Numbered from the stretch's first letter, positions 31,649 to 42,607 are shown. The stretch: 64,000 bases of DNA from an uncultured Methanosarcinales archaeon (GCA_963843555.1 CAWJKV010000003.1:192001-256000); one strand, 5' to 3'. The notes: generated from the letters alone by a model not told the origin. A program made the numbers and translations.

Positions 31649-32173
31649 ATGAGAAAATGTATCTTGGCAATAATGGCGCTATTATCAATAGCGGCCATAG
31701 GAATGATGAATGCGACTGCCATATCGCCTGATAGTGAAGGCGTGTCTGCCGGAGATGCGAGTGATCCGCTCCTAAAAACGCTGCAAGCCGGAGTGAATGA
31801 TACGGCTGAAGGTCAATCAGAATTGAGAGTCTGGAACAGCTTCATTGAGAACTTTGACTATCAGGGTGTGATTCTTAATGAGACTTTGCAGGGCAATATG
31901 ACATATGAAGAGGCCATGGTTGCAACCACAGCGCTCCTCGTTCTTAATTCCCAATCTGTCGCCGATGCGCAGAGTATTACTCCAGACGAAAAGTACACAG
32001 ATTTCCTTAGCTCCACGATCAATGCCATGAAATATTTCAATATATATCTCTACAATATGGCTAAGCTATTCGAAACGAGGGATGGGAGATACTCTGCTGT
32101 CGGTAGAGAAGCGTTTAATCGAAGCATGCAGTACTATGAAGCAGGAAAGAGCGAAGCTGAATTTATCTACTGA
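31649..32173 (+). CDS. Secreted, probably helical, hypothetical protein
   Basis: Signal peptide; 174-aa ORF in an operon with the previous gene. Confidence 0.75.
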   Translation: MRKCILAIMALLSIAAIGMMNATAISPDSEGVSAGDASDPLLKTLQAGVNDTAEGQSELRVWNSFIENFDYQGVILNETLQGNMTYEEAMVATTALLVLNSQSVADAQSITPDEKYTDFLSSTINAMKYFNIYLYNMAKLFETRDGRYSAVGREAFNRSMQYYEAGKSEAEFIY

Positions 32174-32450
32174 GACAAGGATATTCGATACAAAATATAA
32201 TTTATTTCATATTTTTAATTATTTTTCTGATAAACTTTTGATTATGGTAAGTGATGAATATATTTATTTTTTATGAAAAATCCCGGTGCATAGAGCCCGG
32301 CTAAAGAAACTAAATTAAGGACGGCAAGTTATCAGCTTAAACTCTAAGTTATTATTAGCATCACTTATTAGTGTTTATTTAATACTTCAGAGGGAAGAAC
32401 TCTTTAGGTAAATATTGGGGAGATAGACCCAGTAAAAGGAGGCAAAGTAT

Positions 32451-34434
32451 ATGTATAGTAAGTGGATTAAGAGCGGCTTCATTCTGGCGATGCTACTAGT
32501 ATCAATGGTTTCGCTATCGATGGCCGCGTGTCCTTGGTTTATCAAGAATGAACTTTATACCGCAGATTGCCGCGATATGGCAAAAGACGTTCCAGCAAGT
32601 GCGGGACTCTTGGCGAACGACCCCGGTGCGACTGCTGTATTGAATCCAGCAGGCATAACAATTGATCCCAAATACGGAACTCTGCATGTAAACGCTGATG
32701 GATCTTTTGTTTACAATCCAAATCCGGATATGACATCAGGCACCTATGTGCAATTCAAATATAATGCAACCAATGGTGCCTGCGCAGCCAAGTATGCGGG
32801 AACTGCCAAGATCCAGGTCTCCTGCAAGTGCAGGCCCAATCTTGTGCCCATCCCGCCCATTTGCCTGCCAAAAACTCTCGATGAAATAAGAGAGATCATC
32901 GAAGAAGCCGGCGTGGGCTGTATTGGATGCGGCGCTGCAACCCAAGTCCCCGTCGATCTGAGCAAGATCGAACTTGACGAAAATGGTATGCCCATTGCAG
33001 GCACATATCCATTCTTGCTGAAGTGCCCTGGCTGCCAGGATGCATTCGGAGAGGTAACCCTAATTGACCGGGATGCACGGCTGATGCTCCTGAAAACTTC
33101 GAGTTTTGCGAGGGAACTAGGACACTCGATGCAATCATGGCCGAGGCCACGGCAAGCAGCCCATTGTGTGGGCTGTGACCAGACACCTGTCCTTGACTTC
33201 TCTGTGTGATTGTAGTAGATGGATTTGTAGCCGGCGGCAGCTACACGGCCACTTGCGGAGTCAGTTACGGATTGCGGTGGCTCAGATACGGGTACCATCA
33301 CCGTCTTCCAGAAGTGCGAAGTCGCAGCACCACCTGTAGAGATCTGCGAGGGGAAAACCTTAGCTCAATTGGAGGATGCGATCGATGCTGAAGCCGGCTG
33401 CACTGGTGCGGACTGCGACGAAACTCCTGTATAAATACTATGAGAATGTGACTGTAGATGCCACTGGATTTGTAACCGGCGGCAAGCTACACAGCTTACC
33501 TGCACTGTGGCACAGCGAGGACTGCGAGTCCTCTGCCAACGGCGACATCACCGTGGTCCCGAAGTGCGAAGTGGAAGCTCATAGATGTGACAATATGTGA
33601 CTGCGCTACTCCAGAAGAGTTAGAGGCACTAATTGAGTTAACGAACAACTCGCCATGTGGCGATTGCGACATTGACCCCACGATTTCGATTTCCCTGATC
33701 TTGCCGAACAAACGCACAATTGGAAATGTAGTGAATGGCACATACCTATACACCGTTACTTGCAATGCAGAAAGCGTGATGACTGCGATTCTTCGGCGAC
33801 TGGCGAAGTAATTGTAGCCCATGCGATGAACCATCTGTCCATGTGAAGCCGTACTGCAAAACCCATGAAGTCTGCGGCGAAGTCAAGAAACATGCCTTGA
33901 AAGCTATGATACTGGATGGCTGATTAAGAATGACTATGCCACGTGCGATGACAATGTTAGCCTGCCTGAGCCTGTAGAATGCGACTCTACACCCGTGATA
34001 GATCTTAGCGTGAGTGACAGATAGCCAACGGATTCGTAACAGGCGGTACCTACACGGTAACTTGCCATGCCGAAGTCCAGATGCCTCCATCGTGCCACAG
34101 GCACAGTGACTCGTTACTGCCTGCCCGCTGCAGCTGCGAAGCCTATGCACCGGACATTTGCCTTGAGGTAGTCTGCTATGGCCACATATGCCACCAATAC
34201 ACTGACTACGAAATCAAGCAGAAGATACTGAATGCGGGTGCAAAGTGCACAGGTGGATGCACCACAAAGACCATTGAGCTCCCAACAGGCATGAAGTTCA
34301 ATGAGCTTGGCCACAACGAGGTTCGCGAATACACATACAAGGTCAAATGCAGAGACCAAAGCGGAAACTGCGTTGACGAAGATGAGGGTACAATCAAAGT
34401 CAAGAACGACTGCGGCTGCAGCAGCTGTCATTGA
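32451..34434 (+). CDS. Cys-rich repeat surface protein A with an N-terminal Big_9/VCBS-like Ig domain (heavily frameshifted)
   Basis: Signal peptide; GLLAND...YGTL.VN.DGSF.Y.P; about 80-aa Cys repeats with GFV.GG.Y recoverable across frames; ends DCGCSSCH. Confidence 0.78.
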
Positions 34435-34443
34435 TTTGATTAA

Positions 34444-34478
34444 GAGCACCATTTTGGTGCTCAACCTCAACTTTTTTT
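34444..34478 (+). terminator. Hairpin plus T-tract terminator
   Basis: GAGCACCA/TGGTGCTC stem followed by T7. Confidence 0.6.
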
Positions 34479-34592
34479 GATATATAATCTTCGAATAATA
34501 GCTGTCGATAGGCTAAAAAGACTGTTATGTTTGATCAAATGTCCTCATTAACATATCGCAGAAAATAAACGAATAGCCATAAATTCTTATAT

Positions 34593-34865
34593 ATGAAAAA
34601 GAGGAAAAGAACCATGAAATCCTTAATCTTCGTAATTTTTATTCTCATGATGCTATCAAGCTCAGCCAGCGGTTTCAGTGACGACTACCTGCGAGGAGTT
34701 AAAGATGGATTTATTTGGGGGGTCATGCTCACAGAATCCAAGCTCACCAATTCTCCGGAATATGAGCTCAAGCTTTCGCTCTTTGAAGAATTCCTGGATG
34801 ATATCGCTTTCTTTGATGAAGAAGGGATAGCGGATAAGCTCCGGGCTTTAATAGATAGCATATAG
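34593..34865 (+). CDS. Small secreted hypothetical protein
   Basis: Signal peptide ending in ASG; acidic helical mature region. Confidence 0.6.
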   Translation: MKKRKRTMKSLIFVIFILMMLSSSASGFSDDYLRGVKDGFIWGVMLTESKLTNSPEYELKLSLFEEFLDDIAFFDEEGIADKLRALIDSI

Positions 34866-34979
34866 ATTCGCAATCGCTAGAGGTTGCTATTATTAGATCG
34901 GATGAGATGTTAGCATCAATATTTATGTCTTAAACATCCTTTCAGTTATTTGGGAAGATAAATCTTATGGAGGCAAAAT

Positions 34980-36762
34980 ATGCACAAAAATTGGATAAAG
35001 AGCTGTTTTGTTCTGGCGGTGCTGATAATATCATTGGCCTCGCTTTCATCAGCTGCGTGTCCCTGGTTCATCAGGAACGAGCTGTATTCCGCACAATGCG
35101 GAGTCATAAAAGTGGTTCCTGCGAGCGCAGGAATTCTTGCCAATGATCCGGGTGCCGTGGCAGTGCTGAATCCGGGTGGGATAACGGTTGATCCCAAGTA
35201 CGGAACCCTGAAGGTTGAGGCAAATGGATCTTTCGTCTACGATCCTTCACCGAACATTCAATCAGGCACCTATGTGACATTCGCATACAGCGCAACTAAT
35301 GGAGCCTGTGCAGCCAAGTATAATGCAACTGCCAAGATCCAGGTGTCCTGCAAGTGCAGGCCCAATGTTATGGATGTAACTATGTGCATACCCCAGGACC
35401 TTGATGATGTCAAGGCCAGGCTTATGGCCGCAGGTGCGGGATGCTGGGGATGCGGCGACGTCTCTCCGTTATTTGATCTGAGTCAGGTCAAGCTTGATGC
35501 AGGAGGCGTGCCCATAGCAGGAACTTATGCTTACCTGCTGAAGTGTCCTTATTGCACAGCAGCAGCAGGCATTGTGACCATTACCGGGACATGCCAGATA
35601 TATGCTCCCGACTTCAACTTCTGCGAGGGCGAGGTCAAATTGGATGAATTGCTGGCTATGATCGAGGCGGAAGCCGACTGTGCCGGCGATGGCTGCGACC
35701 AATTCTCCTGCTATAAACACCGATAATGTCACTGTGGTGGACGGATATGTAGCCGGCGGCAGCTACACGGCCACCTGCAAAGAGGGCACTGATTGCGAGT
35801 CTTCAGATAGCGGCACTATTACTGTCTTCCAGAAATGCGAAGTGGAAGCGCTGAGCTTAAGCACTGCATGTACGACGTTAGATGAATTGGTAGAACTACT
35901 CAAGGATACGCAACCCTGTGGTGACTCTCTCGACGCTGCTCTGGAGATTGATACTAGTGGAGTGACTGTTGACAAGGATGGATTCGTCAGTGGCGGCAGC
36001 TACATAGCCACCTGCACTGTTGGTCCGGACTGCGAGTCTTCAGCCACAGGCGAGATCACATCTACGGGTGCCTGCAAATTCTGCTCTTGTGAAGCCGGTG
36101 TAGCGCCTATTGAGGTCTGCAAGGGAAGAGTCACCAAAGCTTCTCTGGAGGTAATGATTCTTAATGGAAATTCCACTTGTGAAGCCATCCCGGGCCTGGA
36201 ATGCGACTCTATTCCTGAGGTAAATCTCTCCGATGTGCAGGTGGATGAAAATGGGTACGTAACCGGCGGCGAGTACACGATTGGCTGTGGATCCGATCCG
36301 TCCTGTCCGCTAGCCTGGAGCACTGTGACTGCCATTGATTGCGCCGTCTGCAAATGCGACAAGACGGACCTCGGCAGCTATCCGGTATTGATGGATCAGA
36401 CTACCGATGTGGGTGTGGCCCATGTCGAGATAGCCGGCGGCAATCTGGTGGTGACGGTTGATGTTCCAGGAATGACTTCCAGCTACTTTAAGGCTCAAAC
36501 CACGCCAATAGCGGATTGCTCAACAGGCTCGGATTGGGAGCAGCTTGGTGGAGGGGATACTATAGTCTACACCAAGCCTTTATCTGAAATCAGCGGCCTG
36601 AGCTGCAGCTCGAATCTTTATATTGGCGTTCATGTCAATGCACCTAATACGGCCTGGGCAAAAGGAGGCTGCGACATCAATTGCGAATCAGGAAGCAGAT
36701 GGGCTTATGGTATATGCATAAGCGGCCCAATCTGCAAAGAGATATGTACCTGCGATCCGTAA
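34980..36762 (+). CDS. Cys-rich repeat surface protein B (one frameshift near 35705)
   Basis: Paralog of 32451 (ACPWFI.NELY, AKIQVSCKCRPN); four Cys repeats; distinct C-terminal domain ending ICKEICTCDP. Confidence 0.85.
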
Positions 36763-36774
36763 AATAGCCCAAAA

Positions 36775-36808
36775 ATGCGAGCGTAAGGCCCGCTCGCATG
36801 CTCTTTTT
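36775..36808 (+). terminator. Hairpin plus T-tract terminator
   Basis: ATGCGAGCG/CGCTCGCAT 9-bp stem followed by a T-tract. Confidence 0.65.
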
Positions 36809-36965
36809 ATTATAGTTATTCCGAGAATATACTTTATATTTAATAGATCGATTTCTATTTTGACTCAGCCCGGTTCCGAAAAAGGCATGCAAAACCATTT
36901 CTCATTTGGTGAGACCAAAATCTAATAATATGAACAAATGAGTCACATAATCGGTAAATGACAAA

Positions 36966-39164
36966 ATGACAAAATCAAGCGATCGCCCCGTCTCAAGACT
37001 CATTAAAATAATAATTGCAATTGGGCTGTTGAGCCAATTTAGCTATGCTGGCAATTTCAGCCTGGATTCCTGTAGGGGCCTGCAAGCATCTCCAGACAAT
37101 GCCAATGATGGGTCGCTTGATTTTCAGGACATTATATCTCTCCTTATGAGCCCTCTAATATCTCAAGCAGAAGCACAAGATTATAATTACACATATAAAA
37201 ATAGTAGAATCAGATTTGAATCGGAAGGCAGCGTTGCGGGCAAAGGTTTCACCAGCGTGAGAAATAATATGGAAGATGCGGGAAACGACAGCTTATCCCA
37301 CAACCTTCATGGAAGCGGCTCTTATTCAAGTGAAACCGCCGTACGCTATCTTTCCATAATTTCAAGTGAATTGCCGGAAGAGATCACCGACGAGTTCGGA
37401 GATGAGGGAGATCCTCTATTCAATGACACCTCAGACTCCCAGTTCTCCAGTTTGAAGACCGTCAATCTCTCTGCCGCCTATTACGCCACGTCTTTTGATC
37501 TCTTTGGCCATCCCCTCAACTTCTCCAGCAAATGGTCTGAAGTCACCAAAGCTAAAAGGGGCCAAAACGAGGCATCATTTCAGGAGTCGTACCGGCATGC
37601 TGAAAAGATAAATAAGAGCAGCGATCTCCTCATTGCAGCCAACGAAGTAGACTCCGAATCGGTGTCTAATTTCCAGGGCATGGCGGACCTTCAGTACAGC
37701 TCGCCGGAAAACTGCTTCAAGGATAGCTACATCGGCAACTACAGTCTGGAAAGGGATCTCTCTTCCGGTCAGCTCACCTATTCTTTGACGGGAACAGGCT
37801 TTGCGAATGTTGACAAGAAAATTAAGATAGACGGCCTGCAGAGGACATATGTGCACGGCAGCGGCGATATTGCCCTTGAGGAGAGCATAGGTGAGGAAGC
37901 TAACAGCATCGAAAAGAGCATAAGCCTAACTTATAAGCCCATAGAATTTGCCGTCAATCCAGAAAATTCTCTCAATCTATCCTCCAAATGGAGTGAAGGA
38001 GTATCATCTCAGACAGAGAATAATATCCTGCTGAGCGAGAGCTTTACAGACCTGGTGCTCATGGATAAGGAGACGAAGGTCTCAGATCTGACCAATGCCG
38101 AAACAAGAGTCAACTTCACTGGCAGAGGAGAATTCGTAGTTGCGGGAGACAACTATACTCTGGATGATGTCTACATAGGCAACTACAGCGTGGCAAGAAA
38201 GGTAGCCATCGTCCAGCTTCCCAAATACGATAAGCCTCACGTAACAGTGACTAAACAGCTCTACATAGATCGCGCAAACTGCAAAATAGCCGATTACAAC
38301 ATAACTATAACGAATGATGGCAATACGGCGCTCGGGCCGGTCTTTATCAGAGACACCTTCCCAACAGGTACATCCTTCCTGGGATCGTCAAGGCCGCCCA
38401 TTGAACTGACCACCAGAATTGCGAACTGGTCCATAGAAGATCTTTACCCCGGCGAAATAGAGCACATCCGGCTCAAGCTAAAGATCGAAAAAGAGGTCGA
38501 TAAGCTGACCAACCGTGTGAGGGCTACGGCCTATTACGTGGATGCGAGCAATAAACTCACCAGGACAACCTCGAATTACAACTCAACCGTCTTGCTTGAC
38601 AAGAACATATGCATGCCAGGAAAGCTATCTGTAGCCACGACATCCACCCTGGATAAGAAAGGCACTGGCATTATACGCTTCAGGTCGACGGTAGAGAACC
38701 TGGCGGATTACAATGTGAGTGTGAACCTCACCAGTTATCTTCCTGAAGGTGCCTCCTTCCTGAACTCAACGCCGAAAACTAAAATTATAGGCGACGGTAA
38801 TGTCACCTGGTCGTTCAAACTGGCCACAGGGAAGAAGAGATCCATAACCTATTATGTGCAATATAATGAGAGCGGCCTTATTGAGAGCAGAGCAGTAGCA
38901 CACGCCGTTTCAGCAGAAGGGTACGAGAATTTGACCGCAGAAACCAGCGCATCGGTATTAATTCCTGAACCCAAGGCCATCTATGTGGATAGAATTATCG
39001 ATGACTGGCTGCCGGAGGATTTATCCGATCCGCTGTTGCCGGCGTGCGGATCCGACGACGGACAATGCCTGTTGGTACCATCTGAAAATACAATTTTATA
39101 TCCAGCGCCTATAAGAATCGTGCCGCCCTCACCTGGGTACAGCAGTGAATTATCATGCTGCTGA
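36966..39164 (+). CDS. Large secreted protein with two tandem beta-rich domains and two DUF11-like Ig domains, ending in CC
   Basis: Duplicated G.GF...HGSG...SSKWSE...ES...NF.G...YIGNYS; YNITITNDGNTALGPVFIRDTFPTG is DUF11-like. Confidence 0.85.
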   Translation: MTKSSDRPVSRLIKIIIAIGLLSQFSYAGNFSLDSCRGLQASPDNANDGSLDFQDIISLLMSPLISQAEAQDYNYTYKNSRIRFESEGSVAGKGFTSVRNNMEDAGNDSLSHNLHGSGSYSSETAVRYLSIISSELPEEITDEFGDEGDPLFNDTSDSQFSSLKTVNLSAAYYATSFDLFGHPLNFSSKWSEVTKAKRGQNEASFQESYRHAEKINKSSDLLIAANEVDSESVSNFQGMADLQYSSPENCFKDSYIGNYSLERDLSSGQLTYSLTGTGFANVDKKIKIDGLQRTYVHGSGDIALEESIGEEANSIEKSISLTYKPIEFAVNPENSLNLSSKWSEGVSSQTENNILLSESFTDLVLMDKETKVSDLTNAETRVNFTGRGEFVVAGDNYTLDDVYIGNYSVARKVAIVQLPKYDKPHVTVTKQLYIDRANCKIADYNITITNDGNTALGPVFIRDTFPTGTSFLGSSRPPIELTTRIANWSIEDLYPGEIEHIRLKLKIEKEVDKLTNRVRATAYYVDASNKLTRTTSNYNSTVLLDKNICMPGKLSVATTSTLDKKGTGIIRFRSTVENLADYNVSVNLTSYLPEGASFLNSTPKTKIIGDGNVTWSFKLATGKKRSITYYVQYNESGLIESRAVAHAVSAEGYENLTAETSASVLIPEPKAIYVDRIIDDWLPEDLSDPLLPACGSDDGQCLLVPSENTILYPAPIRIVPPSPGYSSELSCC

Positions 39165-39173
39165 CATTCAATT

Positions 39174-40670
39174 TTAGTTAATATAATATTTTCCGCCCGT
39201 GAGATCGGTAAGGACAGGTGTTTGGCTGATGAAGCGGCCCCGAGACCATTTGATTGTATCATTGTATGCTTTGTCGAAACATTCCTGCAAGAGAACCTTT
39301 TTGTTTCTTGCCCTCTCTTCTTTAATGGCCTTAATTAAGTTTGAGGTGAATATGCTCAAGGAACCGGTCCATTCCTCATTGCTGGATTCGTTATACCTGG
39401 AAGAAGCTAATATGAGCTGACCTTCTCCTATTGCCGGGCTCAAGCCTTCACTATTGCAGGCATCGATAATCACTGCCAGGTTTTTAAGATCCTTTATTTG
39501 CTGCTTGAGTTCATACTCGCTGATATAAGATGATATACTGCCATCAGCATCCTGGGGGATCAGATAGAAGGTGTCATTGTTGGCCCTAATTCCATGTCCT
39601 GAAAAGTAAAAGATAACATTTCCTAATTCCGTCTCATCTTTGATCTCTTTTAAGGCCACCTCCAGGATGTTGCGTTTTGTCGGCTTTCTTTCCGTTTGGT
39701 CGCTGAGCAAAACTACCGTATATCCAAGCGTGCTCATGAGGTCTGCGACCGATCTGGCATCATTAGCGCATGTATGCAAGCTCATTCGATCTTTGTATTC
39801 GTCGATTCCCACAATAATCGCATAGTTCTTGGAGTTCCTCGTCTCTTTCTTTAGATTTGGGAGCTTTTCCGGAATATATGTAAAATCGGTGCTCGAAAGA
39901 CTGCTGATAGAAAACGGATCAACTGGGTCCAAAGTTGGACGAGATGGGTTTCCGTCAGCCAGACTCCTCGTCGCGGAGGGGGCACCTCCAGTGGTAGCCC
40001 CCAATAGTTCCAAGAAAAGTTCCCCACCTGATAGATGACTGCGAAGAGATGTGCTGGTCTTAAGCTCATTATTTTCTGTAATATTTGAATAAGGCACAAC
40101 ATTCTTGATCCAATCCAGGGAATTCTCAGCCATTGAATGATCCTGATATGAGGTTTGATGCTCATCATCAGGCTTGCGGAATTGATAACCGAAGTCTATT
40201 CTATCCTGTATTGCCCTATCTTTTTCATATATATATTTTAATCCTGCTGCACTCGCCTCCAGATCTCCGCCACGTTCTTCTATCTCGAATACATTATTAT
40301 CTATAGTCGACAAGAACTCGTTTGACCGGCCAGGATCATAGCGGCCAACATCATAGAATTGAATACCACTATTATGTTCGGGTATCTCTTTCATAATCGA
40401 TTCCTTTTTCAGGAATATCTCCGAGTCGAAGACTGTGAGGTTCTCAGAAAAGGAATGGCGATCTGAGAAATCCTGTTTCTGCAACGATGCAAGTCTATCC
40501 CATTCAATATTTAATTGTTCTTTAGGTATGGAAAGGGGCTCATTGGAACTTTCAGCTTCTGCCAGTATCTTTAGATAATTTTCAGTCCTGGTTACAGGAT
40601 CTGGCACAGCCCCAGCTAAAGACGCAATTAAAATGAAGAGCAGCAGGATGCTGGGATACTTCGCATTCAA
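39174..40670 (-). CDS. Secreted caspase-family (peptidase C14) protein
   Basis: Signal peptide; YAIIVGIDEY...L....NDA; FYFSGHG (His) and IIDACNS (Cys) dyad; FT..L...Q.P. Confidence 0.9.
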   Translation of the reverse strand: MNAKYPSILLLFILIASLAGAVPDPVTRTENYLKILAEAESSNEPLSIPKEQLNIEWDRLASLQKQDFSDRHSFSENLTVFDSEIFLKKESIMKEIPEHNSGIQFYDVGRYDPGRSNEFLSTIDNNVFEIEERGGDLEASAAGLKYIYEKDRAIQDRIDFGYQFRKPDDEHQTSYQDHSMAENSLDWIKNVVPYSNITENNELKTSTSLRSHLSGGELFLELLGATTGGAPSATRSLADGNPSRPTLDPVDPFSISSLSSTDFTYIPEKLPNLKKETRNSKNYAIIVGIDEYKDRMSLHTCANDARSVADLMSTLGYTVVLLSDQTERKPTKRNILEVALKEIKDETELGNVIFYFSGHGIRANNDTFYLIPQDADGSISSYISEYELKQQIKDLKNLAVIIDACNSEGLSPAIGEGQLILASSRYNESSNEEWTGSLSIFTSNLIKAIKEERARNKKVLLQECFDKAYNDTIKWSRGRFISQTPVLTDLTGGKYYIN

Positions 40671-40907
40671 CTACATCACAGTCTATTTATCGATTTGTTA
40701 CAATCTTCGCATAATCCTATATATAAAAGATCCATATTTTTTGTACTTAGTGGCATTACTTATCATTCTTTCCGAGATGCAACTCTTACGCTTGATTCCT
40801 ATCCCTTTAATAAATTACAGGGATATGTTAATAGTAGACCTGCCTGGAGAGGGCAAATTTCCTTTCCAAGGATTGGGGAAGAATTACATAAAGGAGGCAA
40901 AAAAGCA

Positions 40908-41579
40908 ATGTTGAAATATATTGGAGTATTGATGCTGGTTCTCCTGGCAATGGGAGCCGCTAGCGCACAGCCAAAGGTTTGCGATGTATGCTATGCAAAC
41001 ATCATCACCCAAACAGATACCCAAACCATCGAAAACGTGAAACTTGGGATGTCTGATGTCGGCAAGGAAACCGTTGGCGTCGTAAATGAAGGTCTGTCCG
41101 CTGCTATCATAGTTACACCTCCCTACGAGGACAATGAAACCGGCAGTATGTTCGCGGTCGCTGGCTTCGCGAGAATCGACCAGGCCATGACCCAGACCAT
41201 CAACGGACTTGGAACCGATGACCCAGCACTCATTGAACTTGGTGCAGAGGGTGCAAAGGGCCTCGTACTTAACAAGGCTATTCAGGCTGCCTGGATCACC
41301 AATCAGGGCCTTAAAGAGAGAGAGAATCTCACCTGGGTAAAAGAGGGCGCCTACATCGGTCAGACCACGAACCAGAATGTCAAGAATGTATGGGATTTCG
41401 ACAGCCGCGAGGGAGCCAAGATTCTGAACCTCGACAACAAGGTAGCCTTGATTGTTGATGATCTGAACACAGTTATTAACCTCACCGCCAGCGCAGATTC
41501 CGACACAACCGACAATGCGACCTCTTCCGGAAACTTCTACGATGATGTTAACATCACCGTTGCCGCAAAGGATCCTTAG
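40908..41579 (+). CDS. Secreted three-repeat beta-solenoid/amyloid-like protein with N-terminal CxxC
   Basis: AAGGAGG RBS; signal peptide ending in ASA; three I.Q...Q.[IV] repeats; downstream hairpin. Confidence 0.8.
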   Translation: MLKYIGVLMLVLLAMGAASAQPKVCDVCYANIITQTDTQTIENVKLGMSDVGKETVGVVNEGLSAAIIVTPPYEDNETGSMFAVAGFARIDQAMTQTINGLGTDDPALIELGAEGAKGLVLNKAIQAAWITNQGLKERENLTWVKEGAYIGQTTNQNVKNVWDFDSREGAKILNLDNKVALIVDDLNTVINLTASADSDTTDNATSSGNFYDDVNITVAAKDP

Positions 41580-41629
41580 AGAACTGGTTAGTCGCTGAAA
41601 CGCCATAAAGAATAAAAAAAAGCAGGTGG

Positions 41630-41661
41630 ATAAGGCGCAGGCATGAAAACCCGCGCCTTAT
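41630..41661 (+). terminator. Stable hairpin after the 40908 gene
   Basis: ATAAGGCGC/GCGCCTTAT 9-bp stem. Confidence 0.55.
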
Positions 41662-41674
41662 TCCCAAATATTAT

Positions 41675-42127
41675 TTGATGATTATGTCTCAGATTGCCAG
41701 AGTTTCCAGATCGTATCCCTTGTTGATAACGATCGTTGTTCTATTGATGAGTCTATCATTAGAAACTAGCTTATGCCAGGTTCCTGATAACAATACTGCA
41801 GACTATAAATTAGAGAACGTCACACCTACCCAGATTCTCGAAGATCAAAAGATAATATCAGACGAAATTAATCCGTCCAATATAAAATTTGTCACCACCC
41901 GGGATTCATATCAGTTGTCCTCGTTTAGCAACCTCCCTAAAATGGGTTTGTTCAGCAATTTGAATACGTCACTAATGTCGACAGAAGATGGTTGGAAAAG
42001 ATCGCGCCAATTTAGCGTGTTTTCCTACGGATCAGAATTGATGGAGCTAAGTGAGTTCTCATGGATGAAGAGTGAAGGGTTTAATAGTGAAGACGAGCTA
42101 GAAAGTTTTATACGAAGGGGGTTATGA
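41675..42127 (+). CDS. Secreted hypothetical protein
   Basis: Hydrophobic N-terminus; 150-aa ORF. Confidence 0.6.
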   Translation: MMIMSQIARVSRSYPLLITIVVLLMSLSLETSLCQVPDNNTADYKLENVTPTQILEDQKIISDEINPSNIKFVTTRDSYQLSSFSNLPKMGLFSNLNTSLMSTEDGWKRSRQFSVFSYGSELMELSEFSWMKSEGFNSEDELESFIRRGL

Positions 42128-42212
42128 CCGATCGGCCACCCTTAAGGATGCCTCATATCCCTTTGTTGCTATTAGAGAAGATCTCGCAGAGCTATCAGAT
42201 GCACTAACCCTG

Positions 42213-42581
42213 GTGAACTCAACTTCAAAAATTTGTTATATATTATTTGATGATCCCTTATTAAACTATGATATTACCGCCCTGAACAGGGCTTTTGGAA
42301 ATTCGAGCCAGTTCGAAACGTTTAAATACAATCCAAATTATGATCCAGAAATGGCTAATTTAACCAGAACATCAGGACTCGACTTGAGTTTGTTCTTAAA
42401 TGACGATATATGGGCACAATTTGGGTCGATATTTAATAACAAAGAGATCATGAAATTGTTTCACGATGCGGCATTGAAACAACGAGACGGGAATAACCAG
42501 CCACCTAATACAGAAAGATCGCGACATTGGTTTGAGGAATCAGACGGCGGAGTATACTGCAGATGGGGTGCCACACCATAA
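42213..42581 (+). CDS. Hypothetical protein (start uncertain)
   Basis: 122-aa ORF co-oriented with the cluster. Confidence 0.45.
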   Translation: MNSTSKICYILFDDPLLNYDITALNRAFGNSSQFETFKYNPNYDPEMANLTRTSGLDLSLFLNDDIWAQFGSIFNNKEIMKLFHDAALKQRDGNNQPPNTERSRHWFEESDGGVYCRWGATP

Positions 42582-42607
42582 ATTGCCATGAAAAAGAACG
42601 TGTGTAC

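Noticed and set aside
40884..41606. Long antisense ORFs (also 9645-10517, 54025-54735, 55940-56632)
   Set aside because: Shadows of codon-biased sense genes, without protein motifs.
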